Below, piece after piece: positions 26,857 to 35,991 of a DNA stretch of 36,648 bases. Position numbers and translations under genes: made by a program. Under the pieces are notes generated by a model, which saw only the letters and a program-made list of their open reading frames with translations, was not told the DNA's origin and ran no database searches. How positions within the stretch are numbered: position 1 is the first letter of the stretch; each line of letters starts with the position of its first letter. The DNA is taken from the sequence record SRR20825006_1762. The stretch is one strand, 5' to 3'.

Positions 26857-27860
26857 TATTTTGTCCATGTTTGCGGGTGAATGATGATACACCCTTGTTG
26901 CTGGTTGGTATCGTAGAGTTTGGCCGCCTCGATGGCTTGGTCCATTGAGAATGTGTGTGAAACAAAAGGCTTTAATGCGCCTTTTGCCAAGAGATCTGCG
27001 ATGGCAGAAAGGCTTTCAGGAGATGACGGGGCCAACACGCATAGCTGTTCTTTGCCGCCTTTGCCTTTGGTCTGGCGCTGCTTCAGCAGGTGCGAAATAT
27101 AGAACATCACCAAGAGGTGCTTGCCCTTTTCCGTCAACACAGGTGCAACTTTGCTGAAGGGCAGGAAGCCCGCACAATCAAAGATCACATCATATTTTTT
27201 GCCTTGCTGGGTAAAGTCTGACGCGCGGTAGTCAATTGCTTCATCTGCGCCAAGCGCCAAAACAAGCTCTTTGTTTTGTGCAGAACATGTGCCGGTAACA
27301 TGGGCGCCAAGATGTTTTGCCAATTGAACCGCGACGCGGCCAATGCCGCCAGATGCGCCATTGATCAGCACCTTATCGCCGGGTTTGATATTGGCCTGTT
27401 GGACGAAATAATATGCGGTTTGAGCATTGGACCCACCGATGGCGGCCGCATCGTCAAAGGACACATTTTCAGGGCAATGCATAAAGGGCGCGGTTTCCGG
27501 CAGGCACACAAACTCAGCCATTGCGCCGAAGCGCATGTCGGTGAACCCAAAAACGCGATCACCCGGCTTATACTTGCTCACCTTGTTGCCAACGCTTTCC
27601 ACGACGCCTGCAAACTCTCCGCCCAAAATTCGGTTGCGGGGTTTAAAGATGCCCATCAGTAATTTGGCGGGCAACCGCATAAGTGGCCACGGCGATTTGC
27701 CAGTGCGGGCAATGGCATCGCCGTTGCTCATATGCACCGCTTCAACCCGAATGCGCACCTCATCTTCTTTTGGCGTTGGGATTGGCATATCGCGAAGTTG
27801 TAGAACTTCGGGGCCGCCAAATCGTTCGTAATAAACGGTTTTCATGGTTTGATTTTTCAT
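26856..27860 (-). CDS. Zn-independent MDR oxidoreductase (NADPH:quinone reductase / NAD(P)-dependent ADH-like)
   Basis: GGPEVL, ILGGEFAGVVE.VG, LINGASGGIG, YDVIFD; no Zn-ligand Cys cluster. Confidence 0.9.
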   Translation of the reverse strand: MKNQTMKTVYYERFGGPEVLQLRDMPIPTPKEDEVRIRVEAVHMSNGDAIARTGKSPWPLMRLPAKLLMGIFKPRNRILGGEFAGVVESVGNKVSKYKPGDRVFGFTDMRFGAMAEFVCLPETAPFMHCPENVSFDDAAAIGGSNAQTAYYFVQQANIKPGDKVLINGASGGIGRVAVQLAKHLGAHVTGTCSAQNKELVLALGADEAIDYRASDFTQQGKKYDVIFDCAGFLPFSKVAPVLTEKGKHLLVMFYISHLLKQRQTKGKGGKEQLCVLAPSSPESLSAIADLLAKGALKPFVSHTFSMDQAIEAAKLYDTNQQQGCIIIHPQTWTK

Positions 27861-27869
27861 GTGGTGTTC

Positions 27870-28553
27870 CTAGAATTTCTTTTGTGCGGTTATCGTCGCG
27901 CGATGATCGTGTTGTGGGGCATAGGTTGCGTTCAAAATGGTGAAGCCGAATTGAGTGAGCTCTTGCTGCGGCTCCTCAGCGCGATAACTGTGAATGTATG
28001 GCACAAGGCCGAGGCGACTTGCCGCGAGGATTGAGCCTTTTTGCCACCAGCAGGACTCGCCAATGCAGGGCGTTTCCACCAGCAACTTGCCGCCTGGCTT
28101 CAAAAGGGTGCTGACCCGCGTCAGCACTTTTTGATGATCGCGCAACAAGTGCAGCACATTCAACGCAAGAATGGCGTCATAGCTTTCAGGCTCTAAGCGT
28201 GGATCAAAAATGTTAGTCGCGAGAAAGCTTGCGTTTTTGATGTTTTGATTGGCGGCCTTCTGGGCGGCCAATTCGATCATTTTTGCGCTTGGGTCGATGC
28301 CTTCAATGGTTTTGACAAAGGGCGACAAGTTGAGAGCAATTTCGCCGCTGGCGCAGCCCAAGTCCAGCACATGATCTGCTGAGGCAAGGGCAGACTTTAG
28401 CCGGGTTAAGCGCTGATCAAATTGTTGATCGTGGCTGGACATTGAACGGTCATATTGCTTGGCGCGTTTGTCCCAAAATGTTGATGTATCATTAGACATA
28501 GAAATAGCGCTTTCCGAATTGCTCGTGTCAATCGAATTGGGTTGATGGTCCAT
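27870..28553 (-). CDS. Class I SAM-dependent methyltransferase
   Basis: FWDKRA..YD, VLDLGCASG (motif I), GIDPS..MI..A, YD.I.A.NVLH, LLKPGG. Confidence 0.9.
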   Translation of the reverse strand: MDHQPNSIDTSNSESAISMSNDTSTFWDKRAKQYDRSMSSHDQQFDQRLTRLKSALASADHVLDLGCASGEIALNLSPFVKTIEGIDPSAKMIELAAQKAANQNIKNASFLATNIFDPRLEPESYDAILALNVLHLLRDHQKVLTRVSTLLKPGGKLLVETPCIGESCWWQKGSILAASRLGLVPYIHSYRAEEPQQELTQFGFTILNATYAPQHDHRATITAQKKF

Positions 28554-28584
28554 TTGGGTGTTGAAGGGGTGGGGCTATTCCGCG

Positions 28585-28824
28585 CTATTCATCCGGCGGT
28601 GGAATATAACCAAACACGTCTTCAATTGGCGTTTCAAAGGCATGGGCAATTTGAAACGCCAGCTCCAACGAAGGGGAGTATTTGGCCGCCTCGATTGCCA
28701 CAATGGTTTGGCGGGATACGCCGACTTTCTCAGCGAGGGCTTTTTGGCTCATTTCATCATGATCAAACCGCAGTCGCCTAATATTGTTGGTGAGTTCACC
28801 TTTGTTGCTTTTCTTTTTGGCCAT
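28585..28824 (-). CDS. XRE-family helix-turn-helix regulator (single domain)
   Basis: NNIRRLR....MSQ..LAEKVGVSRQTI.AIE..KYSPSLELAF.IA..F...IE.VF. Confidence 0.95.
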   Translation of the reverse strand: MAKKKSNKGELTNNIRRLRFDHDEMSQKALAEKVGVSRQTIVAIEAAKYSPSLELAFQIAHAFETPIEDVFGYIPPPDE

Positions 28825-28826
28825 GA

Positions 28827-29273
28827 TTAAAAACCCCGGCGATAAAGAACGAGACGTGTTGAGCCTTCAATAAGGCTAGAGATGAACATGGCATAGATAA
28901 AGCCAAGCAAAATGAATTGCATGGGCGCGCCGAGGGCAAGCCAGATCATGCCGCCGACAAAGAAAATTGAGAAGGTGATGAAGCCTACTTTCATGCCGAT
29001 CAGGTCAATCAGTTTGTCACGTTCATCAGCAGCGTCAAATTCAGTTTCCTGCGTGATGATGGCGTTTACGATGCTCACCAAAATGCTCACAATGATGGTG
29101 ACGATGATTGAGCCGCCGATCAATTTAATGGCGCTCCAGCCGATCTGAATGCCCGCATCTGCGCCGTTTAAAAGACCAGCTTCAAACTGGCCGTACATGT
29201 GAAAGCTATATACCGCCATCACAACAATTCCGGTGATCAAATAAGTTACAATGTTGCGTTCTTGATAAGACAT
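28827..29273 (-). CDS. Small 4-TM membrane protein (DUF2178-like, DERD motif)
   Basis: Four hydrophobic segments, loop DERDKLI, C-terminal LYRRG; 2 bp from the XRE gene; AAGGA RBS. Confidence 0.75.
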   Translation of the reverse strand: MSYQERNIVTYLITGIVVMAVYSFHMYGQFEAGLLNGADAGIQIGWSAIKLIGGSIIVTIIVSILVSIVNAIITQETEFDAADERDKLIDLIGMKVGFITFSIFFVGGMIWLALGAPMQFILLGFIYAMFISSLIEGSTRLVLYRRGF

Positions 29274-29287
29274 TTACGTGTCCTTGA

Positions 29288-29389
29288 TGTCACTAAATTT
29301 ATACATGTTGTCATGTTTGTTGGACTAGATGTATTAAATTTCATACATAGTGTCAAGTATATTTGACATTAAGACGTAAATTTTTGACG
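29288..29389. promoter_or_regulatory. Array of 18-bp palindromic operators at exact 21-bp period overlapping a sigma70 promoter
   Basis: TGTM-N10-KACA sites start at 29288, 29309, 29330, 29351 and, degenerate, 29372; minus-strand TTGACA (29356-29351)-N17-TACATC (29333-29328). Confidence 0.8.
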
Positions 29390-29437
29390 CAATTTTGGTG
29401 CGTTCAAGAAGATGTGATTTTATTTCAATGAGTTATG

Positions 29438-30430
29438 TTAGGCTTGTGTCGTTGAATTTTCTGCATTTTCGGGGAGCATATGGACCACATGCTTGCCTTT
29501 GGCCAGGTAATTGGCTTGTGCATCGACCGCTGACTTTAGTTTTTCAAAGGGGAAAACTTGCTCGATAAAGCAGCGGATCTTTTTGTCTCGCACCATTTCA
29601 GCAAGGGCGAGCATATCCTCTGGATTATTGTCCAACATGAGGATTTTAACAATTTTGCCATCTTCTCTTGTTTTGCGGCCGGCCAAAAACAGGCGCAACA
29701 GATTGAGAGGTTTGCCGCCCACCACGATATATTTTCCGCGGGATTTGAGCGCACGTAAGCACTGGGCAGGGCTGCGTTGTGCCACAAGATCAATCACAAT
29801 ATCGAACTTTTGCGAAAGGCGGGTGAAGTTAACCTGCTTATAGTCATAAACATGGTCCGCGCCAAAAATGGTCATGGCTTCCTGCTTTTCAGCATTGTCG
29901 ACCGCGTGCACGGTTGCGCCATAATATTTGGCCAATTGGATGGCGAACATGCCTGTGCCGCCGCCGCCGCCATTGATCAAGACGTGCATGCAAGGCTGCA
30001 CATCTGCGGTTCGCAGCGCCTGCAAAGCCAGTAGACCAGCTTGAGGGATTGTTGCCGCTTCGGCAAAGCTGATATTTTCCGGCATTTTTGCAAAATGGTG
30101 AGCTTTGCCCGTGGTATATTCTGCGAAGGCGCCCCATCCGCTCTGGGAGAGATCGCCGAATACGCGGTCGCCTATGGCGAAATTTTTAACATCATCGCCA
30201 ATTGCCGTGACGATGCCAGCGACATCGCCGCCCAAAATGCGGTCTGCTGGCGCGCGTAGCCCCTCAAAGCGGGTGAGAATGTGGCCGCGTAATTTGTCCC
30301 AATCCCAACTGTTCAGCGACGTTGCGTGCACCTGAATAAGAAGTTCGTCTGCTTTAGGTTGGGGTTGTTCGACTTCTTGAAGTTGGAGTGTTTCGGCAGC
30401 GCCGTATTTATCGCAAGTATAGGCTTTCAT
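29438..30430 (-). CDS. Zn-independent MDR oxidoreductase (second paralog in the cassette)
   Basis: YG..E.L.L.EV..P.P, LN.WDW, ILGGDVAG.V.AIG, GAFAEY, LINGGGGGTG, AKGK.V. Confidence 0.9.
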   Translation of the reverse strand: MKAYTCDKYGAAETLQLQEVEQPQPKADELLIQVHATSLNSWDWDKLRGHILTRFEGLRAPADRILGGDVAGIVTAIGDDVKNFAIGDRVFGDLSQSGWGAFAEYTTGKAHHFAKMPENISFAEAATIPQAGLLALQALRTADVQPCMHVLINGGGGGTGMFAIQLAKYYGATVHAVDNAEKQEAMTIFGADHVYDYKQVNFTRLSQKFDIVIDLVAQRSPAQCLRALKSRGKYIVVGGKPLNLLRLFLAGRKTREDGKIVKILMLDNNPEDMLALAEMVRDKKIRCFIEQVFPFEKLKSAVDAQANYLAKGKHVVHMLPENAENSTTQA

Positions 30431-30516
30431 GCTGCCCTCTTAAACATATCAGCTCAATAACATGTGCATGAATTATGGCTGGATCAAGCCCGTTTTATTG
30501 AATCCTTGGCAGAATC

Positions 30517-30541
30517 AAAAAGCCCCGCAGGGCGGGGCTTT
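30517..30541 (-). terminator. Intrinsic terminator after pgk
   Basis: AAAGCCCCGC-AGG-GCGGGGCTTT immediately past the pgk stop. Confidence 0.85.
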
Positions 30542-30545
30542 AAAT

Positions 30546-31745
30546 CTACGCTTTCAATGCTTCGACACCGGGAAGGGGTTTGCCTTCCATCCATTCAAGG
30601 AACGCGCCGCCAGCGGTTGAGACATAAGTGAAATCATGCACCACGCCGGCTTTTGCTAAAGCGGCCACTGTGTCACCGCCACCTGCAACGGACACCAATT
30701 TGCCTTGCTTGGTGCGTTCAGCCACATAGCGGGCAACCTCGATTGTCGCGTGGCCAAATGGATCCAATTCAAAAGCGCCCAATGGGCCGTTCCAGATCAC
30801 TGTTTTGGCTTCATCGATAGCACCTTTAATGCGCTCGATGGATTTTTCGCCAGCATCCAAAATCATGCCTTCTTTGTCCATCGCCTCAAGACCATAAGTG
30901 CGGTGAGGGGCGTTGGCTTCAAAGTGCCAGGCTACAACGCCATCAACTGGCAAGATGATGGCGCAGTTTTCATCGGCCGATTTGTCATAAATGCGGCGTG
31001 CTGTGTCAGCGAGGTCTTTTTCGCAGAGAGATTTACCCACATCTACACCTTCAGCGTGCAGGAAAGTGTTGGCCATACCGCCGCCGATCACCAAACCTTC
31101 AACCTTGGTCAGTAGATTTTCAAGCAAGTCGAGCTTGGTTGAAACTTTGGCACCGCCCACAATGGCCACAACTGGTGTTTTCGGATTGCCCAAACCGGCT
31201 TCAAGCGCAGAAAGCTCAGCTTCCATGGCGCGGCCTGCGCCAGATGGTAATTCACGCGCCAGCGCTTCAGTCGAAGCATGGGCGCGGTGAGCGGCTGAGA
31301 ACGCATCATTTAGATAAATGTCACCAAGGCTGGCCATGCGCTTTGCCAATTCAACATCATTGGCTTCTTCGCCTGCATGGAAGCGTGTGTTCTCCATCAC
31401 AAAGATGGTGCCAGTAGCGCCATTGGCGATTTGTTCTTTGGCGGCGCTAACATCGTTCCAATCAGTATCTACAAATTCAACAGGCTGACCGAATGCTTTT
31501 TGAATTGCAGGCACGACGACGGCCAAAGACATGTCTTTATTGACCTGGCCCTTCGGGCGGCCAAAGTGAGAGAGCAAAATCGGCTTGCCGCCTTGCTCCA
31601 CAATATGAGACATGGTTGGGGCAAGGCGCTCAATGCGGGTTGCGTCCGTTACAGTGCCATTGGCAACTGGTACGTTCAGATCAACACGCACCAACACATT
31701 TTTGCCGTTGAAGTCGAAATCTTCGAGTTTTTTAAAATCGGTCAT
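30546..31745 (-). CDS. pgk: Phosphoglycerate kinase
   Basis: [72 protein letters not shown]; start 31745 or 31757. Confidence 0.97.
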   Translation of the reverse strand: MTDFKKLEDFDFNGKNVLVRVDLNVPVANGTVTDATRIERLAPTMSHIVEQGGKPILLSHFGRPKGQVNKDMSLAVVVPAIQKAFGQPVEFVDTDWNDVSAAKEQIANGATGTIFVMENTRFHAGEEANDVELAKRMASLGDIYLNDAFSAAHRAHASTEALARELPSGAGRAMEAELSALEAGLGNPKTPVVAIVGGAKVSTKLDLLENLLTKVEGLVIGGGMANTFLHAEGVDVGKSLCEKDLADTARRIYDKSADENCAIILPVDGVVAWHFEANAPHRTYGLEAMDKEGMILDAGEKSIERIKGAIDEAKTVIWNGPLGAFELDPFGHATIEVARYVAERTKQGKLVSVAGGGDTVAALAKAGVVHDFTYVSTAGGAFLEWMEGKPLPGVEALKA

Positions 31746-31790
31746 TTTGTTTCCCATTGAAAAAGGGTCAAATCACTTCTGATTGTAGCT

Positions 31791-31820
31791 AAAAAGAAGG
31801 GGCCCCAAAAGAGCCCCTCC
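31791..31820 (-). terminator. Terminator-like hairpin between gap and pgk
   Basis: Minus strand GGAGGGGCTCT-TTT-GGGGCCCCTTC followed by TTTTT (stem uses G-U pairs). Confidence 0.65.
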
Positions 31821-31843
31821 GAAATAAGCAATGCTTGTAGTGA

Positions 31844-32851
31844 TTAGATGGTTTTCGCAATTACCACTGCCATGTCTGACATGCGGTTTGAGAAGCCCCA
31901 TTCATTGTCATACCAGCTCATCACAGACACCAAATTACCATCCATCACTTTGGTTTGCTGTGAGGCAAAGTTTGATGAGTGTGGGTCGTGGTTGAAGTCG
32001 ATTGAAACTTTTGATTCTGGATCAAAGTCCAATACGCCTTTCAACTCGCCTTGAGCTGCAGCTTTAACGATGTCGTTGATTTCTTCTGCAGTGGTGTCGC
32101 GAGACGCCAAGAATTTCAAATCAACAACAGATACATTTGGTGTTGGTACACGAACTGACATGCCGTCCAACTTGCCGTTCAATTCAGGCAATACAAGTCC
32201 AACAGCTTTCGCTGCGCCTGTTGATGTTGGAATCATGGACATTGCGGCTGCACGGGCGCGATATAGATCTTTGTGCATTGTGTCCAATGTTGGCTGGTCA
32301 CCAGTGTAAGAGTGGATCGTGGTCATCATGCCTTTTTCGATGCCCACTTTTTCGTGCAACACTTTGGCCAAAGGTGCCAAGCAGTTGGTGGTGCATGAAG
32401 CGTTTGAGATCACTTTGTGGTCAGCTGTGATTTGGTCGTGGTTCACGCCATAAACAGCTGTGATGTCTGCATCTGCGCCAGGTGCGGAAATCAATACGCG
32501 TTTTGCGCCAGCTTCCAAGTGCATCGCTGCCTTATCACGAGCAGTGAAAATGCCAGTACATTCCATCGCGATGTCGATGTTCAACTCGCCCCAAGGCAAT
32601 TCTTTTGGATCACGGATCGCATAAACTTTCATTGGGCCACGGCCAACGTCGATTGTGTCGCCATCCACTTTAACTTCGCCAGGGAATTTGCCGTGCACGC
32701 TGTCATAGCGGATCAAGTGGGCGTTGGTTTCAACTGGGCCCAAATCGTTGATTGCCACAACTTCGATGTCGGTGCGACCAGATTCAATGATTGCGCGCAA
32801 CACATTGCGGCCAATGCGACCAAAACCGTTAATTGCTACCCGTACTGCCAT
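31844..32851 (-). CDS. gap: Type I glyceraldehyde-3-phosphate dehydrogenase
   Basis: [45 protein letters not shown]. Confidence 0.98.
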   Translation of the reverse strand: MAVRVAINGFGRIGRNVLRAIIESGRTDIEVVAINDLGPVETNAHLIRYDSVHGKFPGEVKVDGDTIDVGRGPMKVYAIRDPKELPWGELNIDIAMECTGIFTARDKAAMHLEAGAKRVLISAPGADADITAVYGVNHDQITADHKVISNASCTTNCLAPLAKVLHEKVGIEKGMMTTIHSYTGDQPTLDTMHKDLYRARAAAMSMIPTSTGAAKAVGLVLPELNGKLDGMSVRVPTPNVSVVDLKFLASRDTTAEEINDIVKAAAQGELKGVLDFDPESKVSIDFNHDPHSSNFASQQTKVMDGNLVSVMSWYDNEWGFSNRMSDMAVVIAKTI

Positions 32852-32892
32852 TTTTGTTCTCCAAATGCGAGGGAAGGAAATTTTTGCGTAAA

Positions 32893-34872
32893 CTAGAGTT
32901 GGGAAAGTGCGGCATCAACCACGACTTTGGCCGTAATACCAAAGTGTTCAAACAGTTGATCGCCAGGTGCACTTGCACCGAATGAATCCATGCCAACAAA
33001 TTTGCCGGTAGTCCCCAAGAATTTCTGCCAGCTCATTTCAACGCCAGCTTCAACCGCCACGCGGGCTTTGGCATTGCCAAAGATTTGCGCTTTGTAATCG
33101 TCTGATTGTTGTTCAAACAATTCCATGGACGGTACGGATACAACGCGTACGCTGACCTTTTGGCTTTCAAGCTGCTTTGCAGCGTCAATCGCCACAGAAA
33201 CTTCTGAACCAGAAGCGAACAACACAACGTCTGCATCTTCATTGCCGCGCAGCACATAAGCGCCTTTGGCACAGCGGTTTTCTGAAACGAACTCTGTGCG
33301 CAAAGCTGGCACGCCCTGACGGGTCAATGCCAAGATTGATGGCTTGTCTTTTTGCTTCAGCGACAATTCCCAACATTCCAATGTCTCTGTGGCATCGGCT
33401 GGGCGGAACACGGAAAGATTTGGAATGCAGCGCAAGGCTGTCAAATGCTCAACAGGCTGGTGGGTTGGGCCATCTTCACCCAAGCCGATTGAATCGTGAG
33501 TCATCACGAATACAGAGCGAATGCCCATCAAGGCCGCCAAGCGAATGGACGGGCGGCAATAGTCGGTGAACACCATGAAGGTGCCGCCATAAGGCATTAG
33601 GCCACCATGCAGGGCAATCCCGTTCATGGCCGCAGCCATGCCGTGTTCGCGAATGCCGTAATAAACATAATTGCCAGAGCGATCTTCAGCAGTGAAAATG
33701 CCTTGGCCACCAGATTTGGTGTTGTTTGAGCCGGTCAAATCAGCTGAGCCGCCAAACATTTCTGGCATTATGCCATTGATCACTTCGAGCGCTTTGTTGG
33801 ACGCAACACGGGTTGCCCATTTTGGCTTTTCATCAGCAAGCTGATGTTTGAACTTTTTGATTTCAGCCGCAAAGCTTGAAGGCAATTCACCGCTGATGCG
33901 ACGTTCAAATTCGCCGCGTGTGTCGGCGTCTTTTTCAGCCAAGCGATCTTCCCAAGCGGTGCGGTGCTTGGTTGAGCGGCAGCCCGCCAAACGCCAAGCG
34001 TCCAAAACTTCTTCAGGAATTTCAAATGGAGGATAGTCCCAGCCCAGTGCAGCGCGTGCGCCAGCAATTTCGTCTTCGCCCAATGGCGCGCCGTGTGCAG
34101 CCGAAGTGCCCGCTTTGGTTGGGGCGCCAAAGCCGATCACAGTTTTTGCTGCAATCATGGTCGGCTTGTCAGATTTCTGTGCTTCCAGAATTGCTTTTTC
34201 AACCGCATCTTCGTCGTGGCCATCAACTGCGATGGTGTTCCAGCCAGCAGCGCGGAAGCGCGCATGTTGGTCAGTTGAGTCAGACAAGGAGACTTTGCCA
34301 TCAATGGTGATGTCGTTATCGTCCCAAATGACGATGAGCTTATTGAGTTTGAGGTGACCAGCCAAGCCGATCGCTTCTTGGCTGATGCCTTCCATCAAGC
34401 ACCCATCACCTGCGATCACATATGTGTAGTGATCCACAATGTCTTCGCCGAAGTCGGCGGCCATTTTGGCTTCGGCCATGGCCATGCCAACCGCATTTGA
34501 AATGCCTTGACCAAGTGGGCCGGTTGTTGTTTCGATGCCTGTGGCGTGACCATATTCAGGGTGGCCAGCTGTTTTGGCGCCCAATTGACGGAAGTTTTTG
34601 ATTTCTTCCATGGTCATATCTTCATATCCCAGCAGGTGCAGGGCAGAATAAAGCAGCATAGAGCCGTGACCAGCTGACAGCACAAAACGATCCCGGTCTG
34701 GCCAGTTTGGCGCTTTGGGGTCGAACTTCATGATTTTGGTGAACAAAACCGTTGCAATATCTGCGGCGCCCATTGGCATGCCAGGGTGGCCGATATTGGC
34801 CTTTTGAACCGCGTCCATTGAGAGTGCGCGAATTGCGTTGGCCATTGCGCTTGTTTTGGCTAGATCAGTCAT
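32893..34872 (-). CDS. tkt: Transketolase
   Basis: [58 protein letters not shown]. Confidence 0.98.
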   Translation of the reverse strand: MTDLAKTSAMANAIRALSMDAVQKANIGHPGMPMGAADIATVLFTKIMKFDPKAPNWPDRDRFVLSAGHGSMLLYSALHLLGYEDMTMEEIKNFRQLGAKTAGHPEYGHATGIETTTGPLGQGISNAVGMAMAEAKMAADFGEDIVDHYTYVIAGDGCLMEGISQEAIGLAGHLKLNKLIVIWDDNDITIDGKVSLSDSTDQHARFRAAGWNTIAVDGHDEDAVEKAILEAQKSDKPTMIAAKTVIGFGAPTKAGTSAAHGAPLGEDEIAGARAALGWDYPPFEIPEEVLDAWRLAGCRSTKHRTAWEDRLAEKDADTRGEFERRISGELPSSFAAEIKKFKHQLADEKPKWATRVASNKALEVINGIMPEMFGGSADLTGSNNTKSGGQGIFTAEDRSGNYVYYGIREHGMAAAMNGIALHGGLMPYGGTFMVFTDYCRPSIRLAALMGIRSVFVMTHDSIGLGEDGPTHQPVEHLTALRCIPNLSVFRPADATETLECWELSLKQKDKPSILALTRQGVPALRTEFVSENRCAKGAYVLRGNEDADVVLFASGSEVSVAIDAAKQLESQKVSVRVVSVPSMELFEQQSDDYKAQIFGNAKARVAVEAGVEMSWQKFLGTTGKFVGMDSFGASAPGDQLFEHFGITAKVVVDAALSQL

Positions 34873-34925
34873 TTAAATGCTGCCCCGATTAGATCTGTTG
34901 CTAAAGCAAGATATTTGTTGGCGCA

Positions 34926-34953
34926 CTCATAGCAGGTACACCTTTTGAGTCAA
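34926..34953 (-). promoter_or_regulatory. Candidate sigma70 promoter of tkt-gap-pgk
   Basis: Minus strand TTGACT-N16-TATGAG; the -35 box overlaps a GANTC site (34947-34951). Confidence 0.5.
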
Positions 34954-35090
34954 TTCCCCCAATTTCGCCAACTTTGTTGTACAAAGCTAGTCGAATATGG
35001 TCTTTTAGGTGAGCTTTTAGCTATACATCTATGAGAATCAAAATAAAGTTCGACATAGGTAGCCTTACCTATGCTGAGTGTGGATGAGTG

Positions 35091-35378
35091 ATGGGCGAAC
35101 AAAAATATTCGATTGATGACGCCAATCGACGGCTGGATGATGCGCTGGATCGTTTGGAACGGCTTGCACATCGTGCACGGTCGAAGGTGATTGATGCCAG
35201 CAAGATTGAGCACCAAGTGCAAAATTTAGCGACCGACCGCTCGCGGTTGGCCAATGAGTTGGATCAAACCAAGGCCTATGCGAAGAAGGTTGAAAGCTCG
35301 GCGAAAGATGTTTCCGTGCGCATTATGCGTGCCATGGAAAAAGTACAGGTTGCCCTTAATGGGGAAAATGAAGCGTAG
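35091..35378 (+). CDS. DUF4164-like coiled-coil protein upstream of zapA (ZauP-like position)
   Basis: A..RLD.ALDRLE, DRSRLA.ELD, VS.RI..A.E.V..AL; directly upstream of zapA. Confidence 0.78.
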   Translation: MGEQKYSIDDANRRLDDALDRLERLAHRARSKVIDASKIEHQVQNLATDRSRLANELDQTKAYAKKVESSAKDVSVRIMRAMEKVQVALNGENEA

Positions 35379-35391
35379 CGGACCCTAATAT

Positions 35392-35772
35392 ATGGCAGAA
35401 ATTCAGGTTGAAATTGATGGGCGCAAATATCGCATGGCATGCGAAGATGGTCAGGAAGGCCATGTGCGTTCGCTGGCAGATCGCTTTTCTGGCTATGTTG
35501 AAGGCCTGAAATCTGAATTTGGCCAAGTGGGCGATGTCCGGCTTACCGTTATGGCTGCGTTGACCGTTATGGACGATCTGAAAGCGCTGGAAGATGAGCT
35601 TAAAGACGCGAAAAGCGCGCTGGATCAGCTTTCAACCAAGTCAAACAAATTGATCGCAGACCGTGATCAATTGGAAGAGAATTTTGCCAATCAAGTGGTA
35701 ATGATTGCGGAACGGGTGGAAACCCTTGCAAAACAGCTTGAATTGGACGCGGAGCAAGACGAGCAAAAATAG
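35392..35772 (+). CDS. zapA: Cell division protein ZapA
   Basis: V.IDGRKYRMACEDGQE.H...LA, FG.VGD.RLTVMAAL...D.L plus coiled coil. Confidence 0.93.
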   Translation: MAEIQVEIDGRKYRMACEDGQEGHVRSLADRFSGYVEGLKSEFGQVGDVRLTVMAALTVMDDLKALEDELKDAKSALDQLSTKSNKLIADRDQLEENFANQVVMIAERVETLAKQLELDAEQDEQK

Positions 35773-35819
35773 CTGCGATTTGGGCTTTTGTTTTTCGCTT
35801 AGCTTCACTATATCTAACC

Positions 35820-35970
35820 CGCTGCCCGGTTCGTGCCGGAAACTAGCATCCACGGGGCCTTACCGATCCTTAAGGGAGCTGTCACTGATTAGGCTCGTGG
35901 GCTTTTTCACACGGCGCCCACCTACTTTTGTAGGTTCCAGGATCAAGTTTTCCGACGGCCAGGGCGGCAC
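35820..35970 (+). ncRNA. ssrS: 6S RNA
   Basis: Canonical position between zapA and 5-FTHF cyclo-ligase; ends GCTGCCC / GGGCGGC pair; alphaproteobacterial 6S motifs GGGGCCTTA, AAGGGAGCTGTC, GGCGCCCACCTAC; CTATAT -10 box just upstream. Ends approximate. Confidence 0.9.
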
Positions 35971-35991
35971 TTGAATTTAAAGGTCATCCCG

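Noticed and set aside
29288-29389. CRISPR-like or tandem-repeat interpretation of the 21-bp periodic array
   Set aside because: Period is too short, units are degenerate palindromes with no unique spacers, and there are no cas genes; it fits operators.
26140-30430. Mobile element or genomic island call for the cassette
   Set aside because: No integrase, transposase, tRNA target or flanking direct repeats seen, and no obvious compositional shift.
24822-34872. Calvin-cycle (cbb) operon, suggested by CbbA-type aldolase with tkt, gap and pgk
   Set aside because: No RuBisCO, phosphoribulokinase or CbbR in the window; this is the ordinary alphaproteobacterial glycolysis/gluconeogenesis cluster.
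35705-35974. 89-aa ORF between zapA and the cyclo-ligase
   Set aside because: Coincides with the 6S RNA gene.
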